Shown piece by piece: positions 29,652-36,819 of a stretch of DNA of 54,327 bases. Source of the stretch: an uncultured Clostridia bacterium (GTDB taxonomy: Bacteria > Bacillota > Clostridia > Christensenellales > Borkfalkiaceae). Location: assembly GCA_934247855.1 (NCBI GenBank), contig CAKQKA010000001.1:1-54327 (forward strand). The letters are read 5' to 3'. Numbering within the stretch: the first letter of the stretch is position 1; the number at the start of each line of letters is the position of its first letter. Made by a program: the position numbers and the translations under genes. Below the pieces are notes generated by a model. The model made no database searches, was not told the origin of the DNA, and saw only the letters and a program-made list of their open reading frames with translations.

Positions 29652-29702
29652 TTTTAGCAACTAAAATAAATAATAAAAGATTTAATTACGGTCGGTATCC
29701 GC

Positions 29703-29731
29703 TTGACAAGATATAGTGCGATAGATATAAT
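29703..29731 (+). promoter_or_regulatory. consensus promoter with no ORF behind it
   Basis: TTGACA, 17-nt spacer, TATAAT. Followed by hairpin CGGCTTGCG/CGCAAGGCGG (29761-29784) and TTTTTT (29794-29799). Confidence 0.5.
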
Positions 29732-29885
29732 AAATGCGAACATACGTTCTAAAACTAAGACGGCTTGCGTAGGTCGCAAGGCGGCAGGCGGCGTTTTTTA
29801 CCGAACATAAAGCGTGCGTTTTCAGCCGAAAGGAGAGTGTAAAAAATAATTTTGTAAAAATATAATAAAAAATGTCGGTTATGTA

Positions 29886-29914
29886 TTGAAAAACTGAAGT
29901 AAAGCATTTATAAT
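29886..29914 (+). promoter_or_regulatory. consensus promoter of the 29965 gene
   Basis: TTGAAA, 17-nt spacer, TATAAT. Confidence 0.55.
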
Positions 29915-29964
29915 TTGTGACGTAACGCAGATTGTCTGTTTATGAACGTATTTGGGGGAAAATT

Positions 29965-30441
29965 ATGAATGATGTAATCAAAACTTTACTTTACAGTTAT
30001 CCGTCTTTCGACGCGGTTGTAGAAGCTACCGATAAACTTGTCTATTATAAGGCGATAACTTCTTATAAGAATAATTCCAAGACGTGCGACCAGATGAACG
30101 AAATTCTTGCGCTTAACGAGCGTTCTTCGCGTATTTGTTGGATTAAAGGTGTTATAGACCGACTTTTAAGTGAGTTGACGCCGTTTGAAAGACAACTTGT
30201 CGAGTATAAATATTTTCATATCGATAAGGCGTACGATTTTGATCCAAGCTCGAGGGGGTATTTCAGAAAGCAACTTAAACTTGAAAAGACGATTGAAAAA
30301 TTGCTTGATTATTTAAAGCCCGACGAAGAGTGGTTTATGGAAAATCTCGGGGATATTTATTTTTTGCGTTCAAAATATAAAAAGATAAAAAAGATGTCCG
30401 AGTGCGGGAAGAAAAACTCCGCGAAAGAAAGAAATCTATAA
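29965..30441 (+). CDS. putative phage transcription regulator (sigma-70 region-4 / ArpU-RinA-like), family uncertain
   Basis: 158 aa from the ATG with a GGGGGA RBS. LTPFERQLVEYKYF resembles region-4 HTH proteins that activate late genes in Firmicutes phages. Confidence 0.4.
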   Translation: MNDVIKTLLYSYPSFDAVVEATDKLVYYKAITSYKNNSKTCDQMNEILALNERSSRICWIKGVIDRLLSELTPFERQLVEYKYFHIDKAYDFDPSSRGYFRKQLKLEKTIEKLLDYLKPDEEWFMENLGDIYFLRSKYKKIKKMSECGKKNSAKERNL

Positions 30442-30609
30442 TATTGTAAAATATTAACGGGGAAATTAAAAATGAGGCGGCTCAGGTTAGGGGTAGTGTT
30501 GCGCTTGTCCGGTATTACGCAATGATGAGCAAAAAATGTGTTTACTAAAAGTGCAAGAAAAAAGTCGTCCGTAAAACAAAGCGAAAGCAAGTTTAAAGGC
30601 GACGCAAAA

Positions 30610-31527
30610 TCATAACAGGTCGTCGGAGTCTTTATCGGTGAAAGCGCACCGATGTTTGCGGCTCGGTTTAAAAAGAAGATAGACGACGCTCAGCGCAACA
30701 AGCGATACGGCTAAAACTATTACGGTTTTCAGCGCGGAATCGGTTCCGGTTGCGTAGGGCGTCGTTTGTTTTGGCGGAAATTCGCTGCCCGAGAGGGAAG
30801 ATGCGTCGATTGGGCTGCTGTCGTTTTTTGATTTTATCGGCAGCGAATGAGGCGGAACGGCGGCATCGGTAAAAGCCTTCGCGCGGACGTAACCTATGTA
30901 TCCGTTTGAATATACGCAGTAAAATTGTTCGCCGTTTATTTCTGAATAACCGTAAAAATGGCAGGTTTTACCGGCGGCGATGACCGCTTTGGGTGTGGTA
31001 GCCTTAGCGTCGGCGAACAAAACCTCGTCGGAGGAAAGTTCAAAATCGCAATCGGGGTACGGGCTGTCGTCGCAAACGTAATCGCAGGGATAGTAATACT
31101 TTATAAGAATAAACCCGTCGCGCGCGGGCAGGTTTGCCGATTCGTCCATATAGCGCACGGAAACGCTGTCCTCGCCCACGGATAAAACCTTTACAAAATA
31201 CCCGTATGGCAACACGAATTTGGCTATAGTGCACCCCGGATCGGCGTAAAACACGGTGTTTTCGTCAAGAATACGGGAATATTTTTGCGTTGTCGTACCG
31301 CTTTGCAAAGCTGCGGTCGCATATTGCGCGTCGGCATTTTGCAAAGCTACGTTCGCGTGATTTTGTCCGACGGTTATCATATTTTGCTCGTTAGCCGCCG
31401 TATAATTTTGCGCGTTGCAAGGCAAAACGCTTTGAGGACGGACTTGCATTATAAGAATGCAAAACGCAAGCGTTATACAAAATATTAAATTCAGGGCCAA
31501 AATGGGCAGAGAGTTTCTTTTTTTCAT
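30610..31527 (-). CDS. hypothetical secreted/membrane-anchored protein
   Basis: 305 aa with an N-terminal signal-like helix, two beta-rich SH3-like segments and a C-terminal TM anchor (VIVLAVSLVALSVVYLLF). TGATATAAT lies 9 nt before the ATG, so the mRNA may be leaderless. Confidence 0.55.
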   Translation of the reverse strand: MKKRNSLPILALNLIFCITLAFCILIMQVRPQSVLPCNAQNYTAANEQNMITVGQNHANVALQNADAQYATAALQSGTTTQKYSRILDENTVFYADPGCTIAKFVLPYGYFVKVLSVGEDSVSVRYMDESANLPARDGFILIKYYYPCDYVCDDSPYPDCDFELSSDEVLFADAKATTPKAVIAAGKTCHFYGYSEINGEQFYCVYSNGYIGYVRAKAFTDAAVPPHSLPIKSKNDSSPIDASSLSGSEFPPKQTTPYATGTDSALKTVIVLAVSLVALSVVYLLFKPSRKHRCAFTDKDSDDLL

Positions 31528-31600
31528 ATCGTTTGTATTATATCATAAAGAAAATAACGAAAAAGGTCGTTTTTTGACGTAAGGGGGTAATATTGGTCGA

Positions 31601-33004
31601 ATGCGCGAAATAATAGAAAAAATTCACGAGATCGAGAAGGAAGAAAAACGCCGTACGAGCAGGCTTGACGGTTATAATAAAGATAAAATTCATCTTAAGC
31701 AAATGGCTTTTCACAAATGCAAAAAGGGCAACAGGTGGGTGTTCGGCGGAAACCGAAGCGGCAAAACCGAGTGCGGCGCGGTGGAAACGGTGTGGATTTC
31801 AAGAGGTATTCACCCGTACCGCGAAAACCGAAAAAATACTTTCGGGTGGGTGGTTTCATTGACTTCGCAAGTTCAGCGCGACGTGGCGCAAAAAAAGATA
31901 TTGTCCTATCTTTCCCCGCGTGATATTGTGGACGCGGTTATGCTCAGCGGGCGCAAGGATAGCCTCGATAACGGTGTTATAGACCAACTTTTTATAAAAA
32001 ACGCGTTCGGCGGGATATCTGTTATCGGGTTTAAAAGTTGCGACCAGGGGCGTGAAAAATTTCAGGGTGCGTCGCTGGATTTTGTGTGGTTCGACGAAGA
32101 ACCGCCCAAGGATATTTACGACGAGTGCAAAATGCGTTTGCTTGATAAACGCGGTTGCATGTTCGGAACTATGACTCCGCTCAAAGGTCTGACTTTTATT
32201 TACGATGAGATTTACCTTAATGTGAACGACTCGCCCGACGTGTGGTATGAGTTTATGGAATGGGGAGATAATCCCTATCTTGACGAAGAAGAAGTGCGCA
32301 AGATGACGGAAAGTTTATCTAAAGACGTGCTGGATTCCAGACGGTACGGGCATTTCAAAGCCGACAGCGGCATGGTGTATTCCGAGTTTGACGAGCAAAA
32401 ACACGTTTTACCCGAGCCGTTTGAACTGCCGTACGACTGGCAGGCGTGTATTTCTATCGACCCGGGGCTGCATAATCCGCTTTCCTGCCACTTTTACGGT
32501 GTGGATTACGACGGCAATATTTACGTTGTCGCCGAGCATTACGAAGCGGAAAAAACTATTTCTTACCACGCGCGGGCAATCGAACGCATTGCCGATTCGC
32601 TCGGTTGGCATCGCCGCTTGGACGGCAGGCTCGAAGCGTTGATCGACAGCGCGGCAAATCAAAAAACGCTTGCTTCCTCTAAAAGCGTTACAGAATTGTT
32701 CTTTGAAGAGGGTATCGCTTGTAATCCTAACGTTAATAAAGAAAAGTTTGCGGGCATTGCGCGGGTGAAAGAGTATTTTAACGCGAACAAAATAAGAATT
32801 TTCCCTAACTGCAAAAATCTTATCCGCGAGATAAAAAATTACAGGTGGGGTGACGACGATTCGCCCATAAAAAAGGACGATCACGCTTTGGATGAGTTAC
32901 GTTATTTTATAATGTCGCGCCCCGAGAATAAACCGCCCAAACGCGAACTTACCGAAATACAAAAGGACAAAGCAAGGCTTTATCGTCGTTTGTCGCGCAG
33001 GTGA
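31601..33004 (+). CDS. terL: phage terminase large subunit
   Basis: 467 aa. Walker A GGNRSGKTECG, Walker B LDFVWFDEEP, C-terminal RNaseH-like nuclease segment (ISIDPG...DSAA...DDHALDELRY). Confidence 0.85.
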   Translation: MREIIEKIHEIEKEEKRRTSRLDGYNKDKIHLKQMAFHKCKKGNRWVFGGNRSGKTECGAVETVWISRGIHPYRENRKNTFGWVVSLTSQVQRDVAQKKILSYLSPRDIVDAVMLSGRKDSLDNGVIDQLFIKNAFGGISVIGFKSCDQGREKFQGASLDFVWFDEEPPKDIYDECKMRLLDKRGCMFGTMTPLKGLTFIYDEIYLNVNDSPDVWYEFMEWGDNPYLDEEEVRKMTESLSKDVLDSRRYGHFKADSGMVYSEFDEQKHVLPEPFELPYDWQACISIDPGLHNPLSCHFYGVDYDGNIYVVAEHYEAEKTISYHARAIERIADSLGWHRRLDGRLEALIDSAANQKTLASSKSVTELFFEEGIACNPNVNKEKFAGIARVKEYFNANKIRIFPNCKNLIREIKNYRWGDDDSPIKKDDHALDELRYFIMSRPENKPPKRELTEIQKDKARLYRRLSRR

Positions 33005-33018
33005 AAGAACCGAAAGTG

Positions 33019-33037
33019 CCGATAATCGACCTATAGG
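33019..33037 (-). repeat. dispersed intergenic motif, copy 10
   Basis: + strand reads CCGATAATCGACCTATAGG followed by CGGGGTTTT; 15 nt after the terL stop. Confidence 0.9.
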
Positions 33038-33087
33038 CGGGGTTTTATGTGTATTTGTGTGCATTGCATGCGGCATGTGAAAGTCGG

Positions 33088-33104
33088 GCTATAGGTCGAT
33101 TATT
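33088..33104 (+). repeat. dispersed intergenic motif, copy 11
   Basis: GCTATAGGTCGATTATT, inverted relative to copy 10 and 69 nt away. Confidence 0.85.
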
Positions 33105-33195
33105 TTATATTAAAAAAATATCGGATTAAAAAGCATTGAAGACTGCAAGCTGTATAAAAAGTGTGCGTTTATGCTAAAAAAACATGCTTAATCGA

Positions 33196-33224
33196 TTGTA
33201 AAACGCGCCTGATTGTGCTAAAAT
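33196..33224 (+). promoter_or_regulatory. promoter of the GNAT gene, near-duplicate of the cysS promoter
   Basis: TTGTAA AACGCGCCTGATTGTGC TAAAAT versus the cysS TTGCAA AACGCGCGCGATTGTGT TAAAAT. Confidence 0.5.
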
Positions 33225-33254
33225 AAAAAAAATATCTATATGAGGTGTGAGCGA

Positions 33255-33800
33255 ATGAAATCAGAAAGATTAAAACATTTTGAAGGCGATATTTTCGAGC
33301 GGGCGTACGAGTTATATAAATCGTCCTTCCCCGTTGAAGAACGGCGCGACGATGCCGAACAGCGCAGGGTTCTTGAAAACGATGCCTATCATTTTGACAT
33401 AATCACGGAAAACGGCGAGTTTATCGGCATTATGCTCTATTGGGAAGTGAATAGTCTTATCTATCTTGAACACTTTGCGATTCGCAGTGATTTGCGTAAC
33501 AAAGGTTTCGGCACTGTCGCTCTTGATTTATTAAAGGAAAAAGGCAAGACTATACTGCTTGAAATCGAACCGCCCGTTGGCGATATAACCGTTCGCAGGT
33601 ATGAATTTTATAAACGCAACGGCTTTGTAATGAATTCTTTTTATCATATTCAGGCAAAATATCATTTTGGCGATGCCGATCTCGAACTGAAAATTTTGTC
33701 TTATCCGAGGCTGCTTGAAAAGGATGAATATCTCGCTTTTTACGGGTATATGACTCGTGAAATCGGTATTCAGCCGAGCGTGTCGGGCGAGATTGTTTAA
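33255..33800 (+). CDS. GNAT family N-acetyltransferase
   Basis: Acetyl-CoA motif FAIRSDLRNKGFGTVALDLL; ATG at 33255 with a GAGGTG RBS. Confidence 0.8.
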   Translation: MKSERLKHFEGDIFERAYELYKSSFPVEERRDDAEQRRVLENDAYHFDIITENGEFIGIMLYWEVNSLIYLEHFAIRSDLRNKGFGTVALDLLKEKGKTILLEIEPPVGDITVRRYEFYKRNGFVMNSFYHIQAKYHFGDADLELKILSYPRLLEKDEYLAFYGYMTREIGIQPSVSGEIV

Positions 33801-33986
33801 AACCGAGGACGATTTGCTTGCTCAATACGAAAAAACTATTGTTGAAAACTTTTACAAGGTAAACGACGCCGTGCGTCCGTACGTGAACGTTTTAGGCACG
33901 AAGATATCGTAAAGCGCGGCAACGTCGGAAAAATCGACGGCGAGGATGGCGACGAAATCGACTTTTATAAAATACATGAATATGTA

Positions 33987-34003
33987 GATAATCGACCTAT
34001 AGA
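33987..34003 (-). repeat. dispersed intergenic motif, copy 12
   Basis: + strand reads GATAATCGACCTATAGA followed by CGGGCTTTT. Confidence 0.9.
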
Positions 34004-34017
34004 CGGGCTTTTGCTTG

Positions 34018-34034
34018 TGTATAGGTCGATTTTT
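34018..34034 (+). repeat. dispersed intergenic motif, copy 13 (partial)
   Basis: TGTATAGGTCGATTTTT. With copy 12 it forms a perfect 9-bp hairpin, CGACCTATA/TATAGGTCG, followed by a T-run. Confidence 0.6.
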
Positions 34035-34103
34035 TATGATATAATAATTTTGTTACGACGAATGGGTGCTTTATAAATGGCGAGTGTGGGGTACTTACTT
34101 TTT

Positions 34104-34307
34104 TCAATCTTCAAGTCCTAATAAGTAATCGGTCGAAACATTAAAAAACTTCGCAATCGAAATTACATAAGAAATCTTCGGCTCGTTTATTCCGTTCTCC
34201 CAGTTAGAGATTGCGGCGTCCGTCGTATTAATATTTTTGGCAAGTTGCTTCATGGAAAGACCTTTTTCAAGCCTCAACTCCCTTAATCTTTGTGAAAACG
34301 TACTCAT
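34104..34307 (-). CDS. XRE-family HTH repressor (Cro/CI-like)
   Basis: 67 aa. LRELRLEKGLSMKQLAKNINTTDAAISNWENG is a canonical XRE HTH. Confidence 0.9.
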   Translation of the reverse strand: MSTFSQRLRELRLEKGLSMKQLAKNINTTDAAISNWENGINEPKISYVISIAKFFNVSTDYLLGLED

Positions 34308-34313
34308 GTATAC

Positions 34314-34370
34314 ATTATACTAAGAAAACTTAATATTTTACTTGACACTAAGAAAACTTAGTGATATTAT
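34314..34370. promoter_or_regulatory. divergent promoter/operator switch
   Basis: Palindromic operators CTAAGAAAACTTAA (34320-34333) and CTAAGAAAACTTAG (34348-34361). Rightward TTGACA (34342)-17 nt-TATTAT (34365), with the second operator filling the spacer. Leftward TATAAT (34314-34319, minus strand) lies 6 nt before the XRE ATG. Confidence 0.7.
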
Positions 34371-34405
34371 TATCATAAATTTATCCGATTACGTTTTTTT
34401 ACTTG

Positions 34406-34708
34406 CTTAGCCAGTAGTGATAGCGTTTGAACCCATTTTTGCGGCAATAAATCGGTTTTTGCTGTGTTAAACTCCCATCAACGTACGGTGGTTAAGTACG
34501 ATTTCGGTCGTTTGCCTTGCAAAAACCGTACCGCACAGCGGCGATTTCTTATCCGCAAAAATGCGTAGCACCGTAAAGAGCGTATTTTTAGATGTTTTTT
34601 TGCGAGCACGAATAATGCTGTACTGCCGTACTGCGTTATGAATGGTCGCATAAAGGGGCTAAAAAGCCGCCTTTACGGTGGAGTCAAACGCCATTACCAC
34701 TGGCTAAG
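34406..34708 (+). ncRNA. ~300-nt highly structured leader RNA (or MITE-like element), unassigned
   Basis: 25-position closing helix 34406-34430/34684-34708 (22 WC, 1 GU, 2 mismatches). Nested helices: 34436-44/34553-61 (9 bp), 34449-54/34542-47 (6), 34461-66/34534-39 (6), 34483-89/34525-31 (7), 34569-78/34671-80 (10), plus hairpin 34617-34634. Confidence 0.6.
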
Positions 34709-34742
34709 AGGAGGAATAAGGTTAATTTTAAAGGAGAAAGTT

Positions 34743-35792
34743 ATGAAGCATTCAACAAAAACAAAATTGATGGTTTTTATTACCGGTATTCTTTCGTGCA
34801 TGTTGCTGGTCTCGTTTGCCGCTTGCAAAATATCTGAAGAAAGCGATGAAACGAACGATTATTTTAAAGAATACAATATGTATCTGGTGTATGCCGCATC
34901 CGAGGATATTACGCCGCTTGATTATGAAACCTGGCTGGCAACGGTTAAAGGCGATAAGGGTGATAAAGGCGAGGACGGAAAAGACGGCGCCGACGGAAAG
35001 TCTGCTTACGAAATATGGTTGGAAAACGGACACACGGGAAGTCAAACCGATTTTCTTGAATGGCTTAAGGGCGAAAAAGGCGATAAGGGCGAAACAGGAA
35101 AAGACGGAACGAACGGAACAAACGGAACCGACGGTAAAGACGGAAGAGGTATAGAAAAAATAACATATAAAGACGGAACGTTAACTATAATTTATACCGA
35201 CGGAACAGGCGAAACAATTATTCTGCAAAATGAATCGAAAGGAACCGAAGGGCTGGAATACAGCCTATTATCGGATGATACGTATGGAGTAAAAGGCGGT
35301 ACAGCCTTGTACCTTAATAAGGTGACAATCCCCGCTACATATAAAGGAAAAGCGGTAACCCAAATTTTGGAGCATGCATTTGAAAATTCGACAAATTTGA
35401 AAGAAATACAATTACCCGATTCGATCGAGAAAATACAAAGCTATGCTTTTAACGGATGCAAGGCTTTAGAAAATATTACAATTCCGTCATCCGTGAAATT
35501 TATTGGCGAATATGCATTTTACGGTATAAAAAATGCTACGTTTGAAGATGAAGAAACATGGAAAAATGTGGTGAAACCGCGCTCGGTATATAAATTTAAC
35601 GTTTTTATCAATAATTCAGGATATCCCGACAGTAGTCATAAATTATATGCTGTCGATAGTTTTAGTTTAGTTAAATTATTATCGGACAGAGTCAATGTGC
35701 AAGTTAGTAGTTATGATCAAATGTTTTTAGAAAGTGGATGTAAAAACGAATACAAGAATTTAACTTTATATGAATATAGTTACAGCAAATAA
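34743..35792 (+). CDS. lipoprotein with collagen-like Gly-X-Y repeats and BspA-type leucine-rich repeats
   Basis: Lipobox LVSFAAC. GDKGDKGEDGKDGADGKSAYEIWLENGHTG...GEKGDKGETGKDGTNGTNGTDGKDG resembles phage-fibre collagen segments. C-terminal LRRs (ILEHAFENSTNLKEIQLP, IQSYAFNGCKALENITIP). AAAGGAG RBS before the ATG at 34743. Confidence 0.8.
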   Translation: MKHSTKTKLMVFITGILSCMLLVSFAACKISEESDETNDYFKEYNMYLVYAASEDITPLDYETWLATVKGDKGDKGEDGKDGADGKSAYEIWLENGHTGSQTDFLEWLKGEKGDKGETGKDGTNGTNGTDGKDGRGIEKITYKDGTLTIIYTDGTGETIILQNESKGTEGLEYSLLSDDTYGVKGGTALYLNKVTIPATYKGKAVTQILEHAFENSTNLKEIQLPDSIEKIQSYAFNGCKALENITIPSSVKFIGEYAFYGIKNATFEDEETWKNVVKPRSVYKFNVFINNSGYPDSSHKLYAVDSFSLVKLLSDRVNVQVSSYDQMFLESGCKNEYKNLTLYEYSYSK

Positions 35793-35835
35793 ATCAATTT
35801 TTAAATAAATAAAATACAAAATAGTACTTAAAAAT

Positions 35836-35861
35836 CGCACTCTTAACGGGGTGCGTTTTTT
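35836..35861 (+). terminator. intrinsic terminator
   Basis: CGCACTC pairs with GGGGTGCG (7 bp including one GU), then TTTTTT. Confidence 0.75.
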
Positions 35862-35959
35862 ATGCCCAAAATTGTTGCTGTGGCGAGTAATTGTAGGAAA
35901 AGTGCGATTTTTAACGCAAAGATTTTTAAAAAAACGTGAAAAACGTTGTCATAAAACTC

Positions 35960-35987
35960 TTGAAAACTGAAAAATCGGCGATATGAT
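35960..35987 (+). promoter_or_regulatory. promoter of the packaging/head operon
   Basis: TTGAAA, 16-nt spacer, TATGAT; ~170-nt leader before the 36162 ATG. Confidence 0.45.
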
Positions 35988-36161
35988 ACCTTGCGTGGAT
36001 GAACGGCGAACGGGTGGCGGAGCAAAACGCAGATATTCGGTTGCTGCGAGTGCTGTGCATTAACGGCTGCAACGGCGCGCGTAACTAAATAACCGTGCGT
36101 AAAGTTAAGCGATGTGTCATAAGCAAAACAAGCGGGAGGCGAAGTTATACGGGGGAAATAA

Positions 36162-36635
36162 ATGAATAGTGAAACGGTGGAAAAAATACGCGAAGCCCTT
36201 ATAAGGCGCGCGGTCGGTTACGACACCGAAGAAACCGTCGAAGAGTATTCGGGTACGGGCGAGGACGTGACTATGGTCAGGCGTAAAGTTACCAAAAAGA
36301 ACGTTCCGCCCGATATATCGGCGGCAAAACTGTTACTTGAAGAAGCGGGCGTCGATTATTCGGCGATGACCGACGAACAGCTCGAAGAAGAAAAGCAACG
36401 CTTGCTCGAACTACTTAAAAAAGCCGATTGCCCGAAACATGTTAAAACAGCAAAAGCCGAAAACAAGCAAAACGACGGCGTGTCCGAAGATAATGCCGCC
36501 GAAAAGCGCGCAGCAAAAAAGCAAGCGGCAGACGGCGGGCAAACGCCAGACGGCGATAAAAAATCAGACGGCGGACAAAGCGTTTCGGCAAAGCGAAAAG
36601 CCGAAAAAAGGAAGGCAAAAAGTGAAGATAGTTAA
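36162..36635 (+). CDS. terminase small subunit-like protein with a K/A/D-rich tail
   Basis: RRAVGYDTEETVEEY...VRRKVTKKNVPPDISAAKLLLE resembles the XtmA-type TerS core (...K.vpPDvtA..fwLkNR). The tail contains three 18-nt CAGACGGCG-based coding repeats. Confidence 0.45.
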   Translation: MNSETVEKIREALIRRAVGYDTEETVEEYSGTGEDVTMVRRKVTKKNVPPDISAAKLLLEEAGVDYSAMTDEQLEEEKQRLLELLKKADCPKHVKTAKAENKQNDGVSEDNAAEKRAAKKQAADGGQTPDGDKKSDGGQSVSAKRKAEKRKAKSEDS

Positions 36636-36819
36636 AAACGAGTATGAAACGATTTGCGACGTCAAGGGTTGCACGCGAATGGCAGAATACAGGTTGATTA
36701 TGGACGTTGCGAGCGACGGACAGGTTTGTATGTGTATGGAGTGCTTAAAGGAGTTCAATCGCGAGGCGTCGAAGAAAATCAGAGCGGAGGAAAGGAAAAA
36801 TGCAAAAAAAGACGGCTGA
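36622..36819 (+). CDS. small Zn-ribbon-like protein
   Basis: GTG start with an AAAGGAAGG RBS; 65 aa with Cys pairs CDVKGC and CMCMEC. Overlaps both neighbours, suggesting translational coupling. Confidence 0.45.
   Translation: MKIVKNEYETICDVKGCTRMAEYRLIMDVASDGQVCMCMECLKEFNREASKKIRAEERKNAKKDG

Noticed and set aside
33019-33037. Resemblance of GATAATCGACCTATAGG to T7-type single-subunit RNAP promoters (TAATACGACTCACTATAGG).
   Set aside because: The motif is 4 nt shorter than those promoters. It occurs in both orientations, mostly just after genes, and is followed within a few nt by a T-run. No phage-type RNAP gene is present in the window.
33802-33985. Protein-like reading (TEDDLLAQYEKTIVENFYKVNDAVRPYVNVLGTKIS, then RGNVGKIDGEDGDEIDFYKIHEYV in another frame) suggesting a gene remnant after the GNAT gene.
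   Set aside because: There is no start codon or RBS, each piece is under 40 codons, and the frames differ. It is possibly a decayed fragment, but I cannot support that without a database hit.
33255-34307. GNAT plus XRE as a GNAT-toxin/antitoxin pair.
   Set aside because: The genes are convergent, 300 nt apart, with separate promoters. Known GNAT TA modules are co-transcribed with an upstream RHH/DUF1778 antitoxin.
34638-34742. N-terminal extensions proposed by the ORF track (34638, 8609, 9840, 13599, 26381, 46308, 52176, 36439).
   Set aside because: In each case an internal start has a proper RBS and matches the expected protein N-terminus. The upstream extension overlaps a promoter, a structured leader or the preceding gene.
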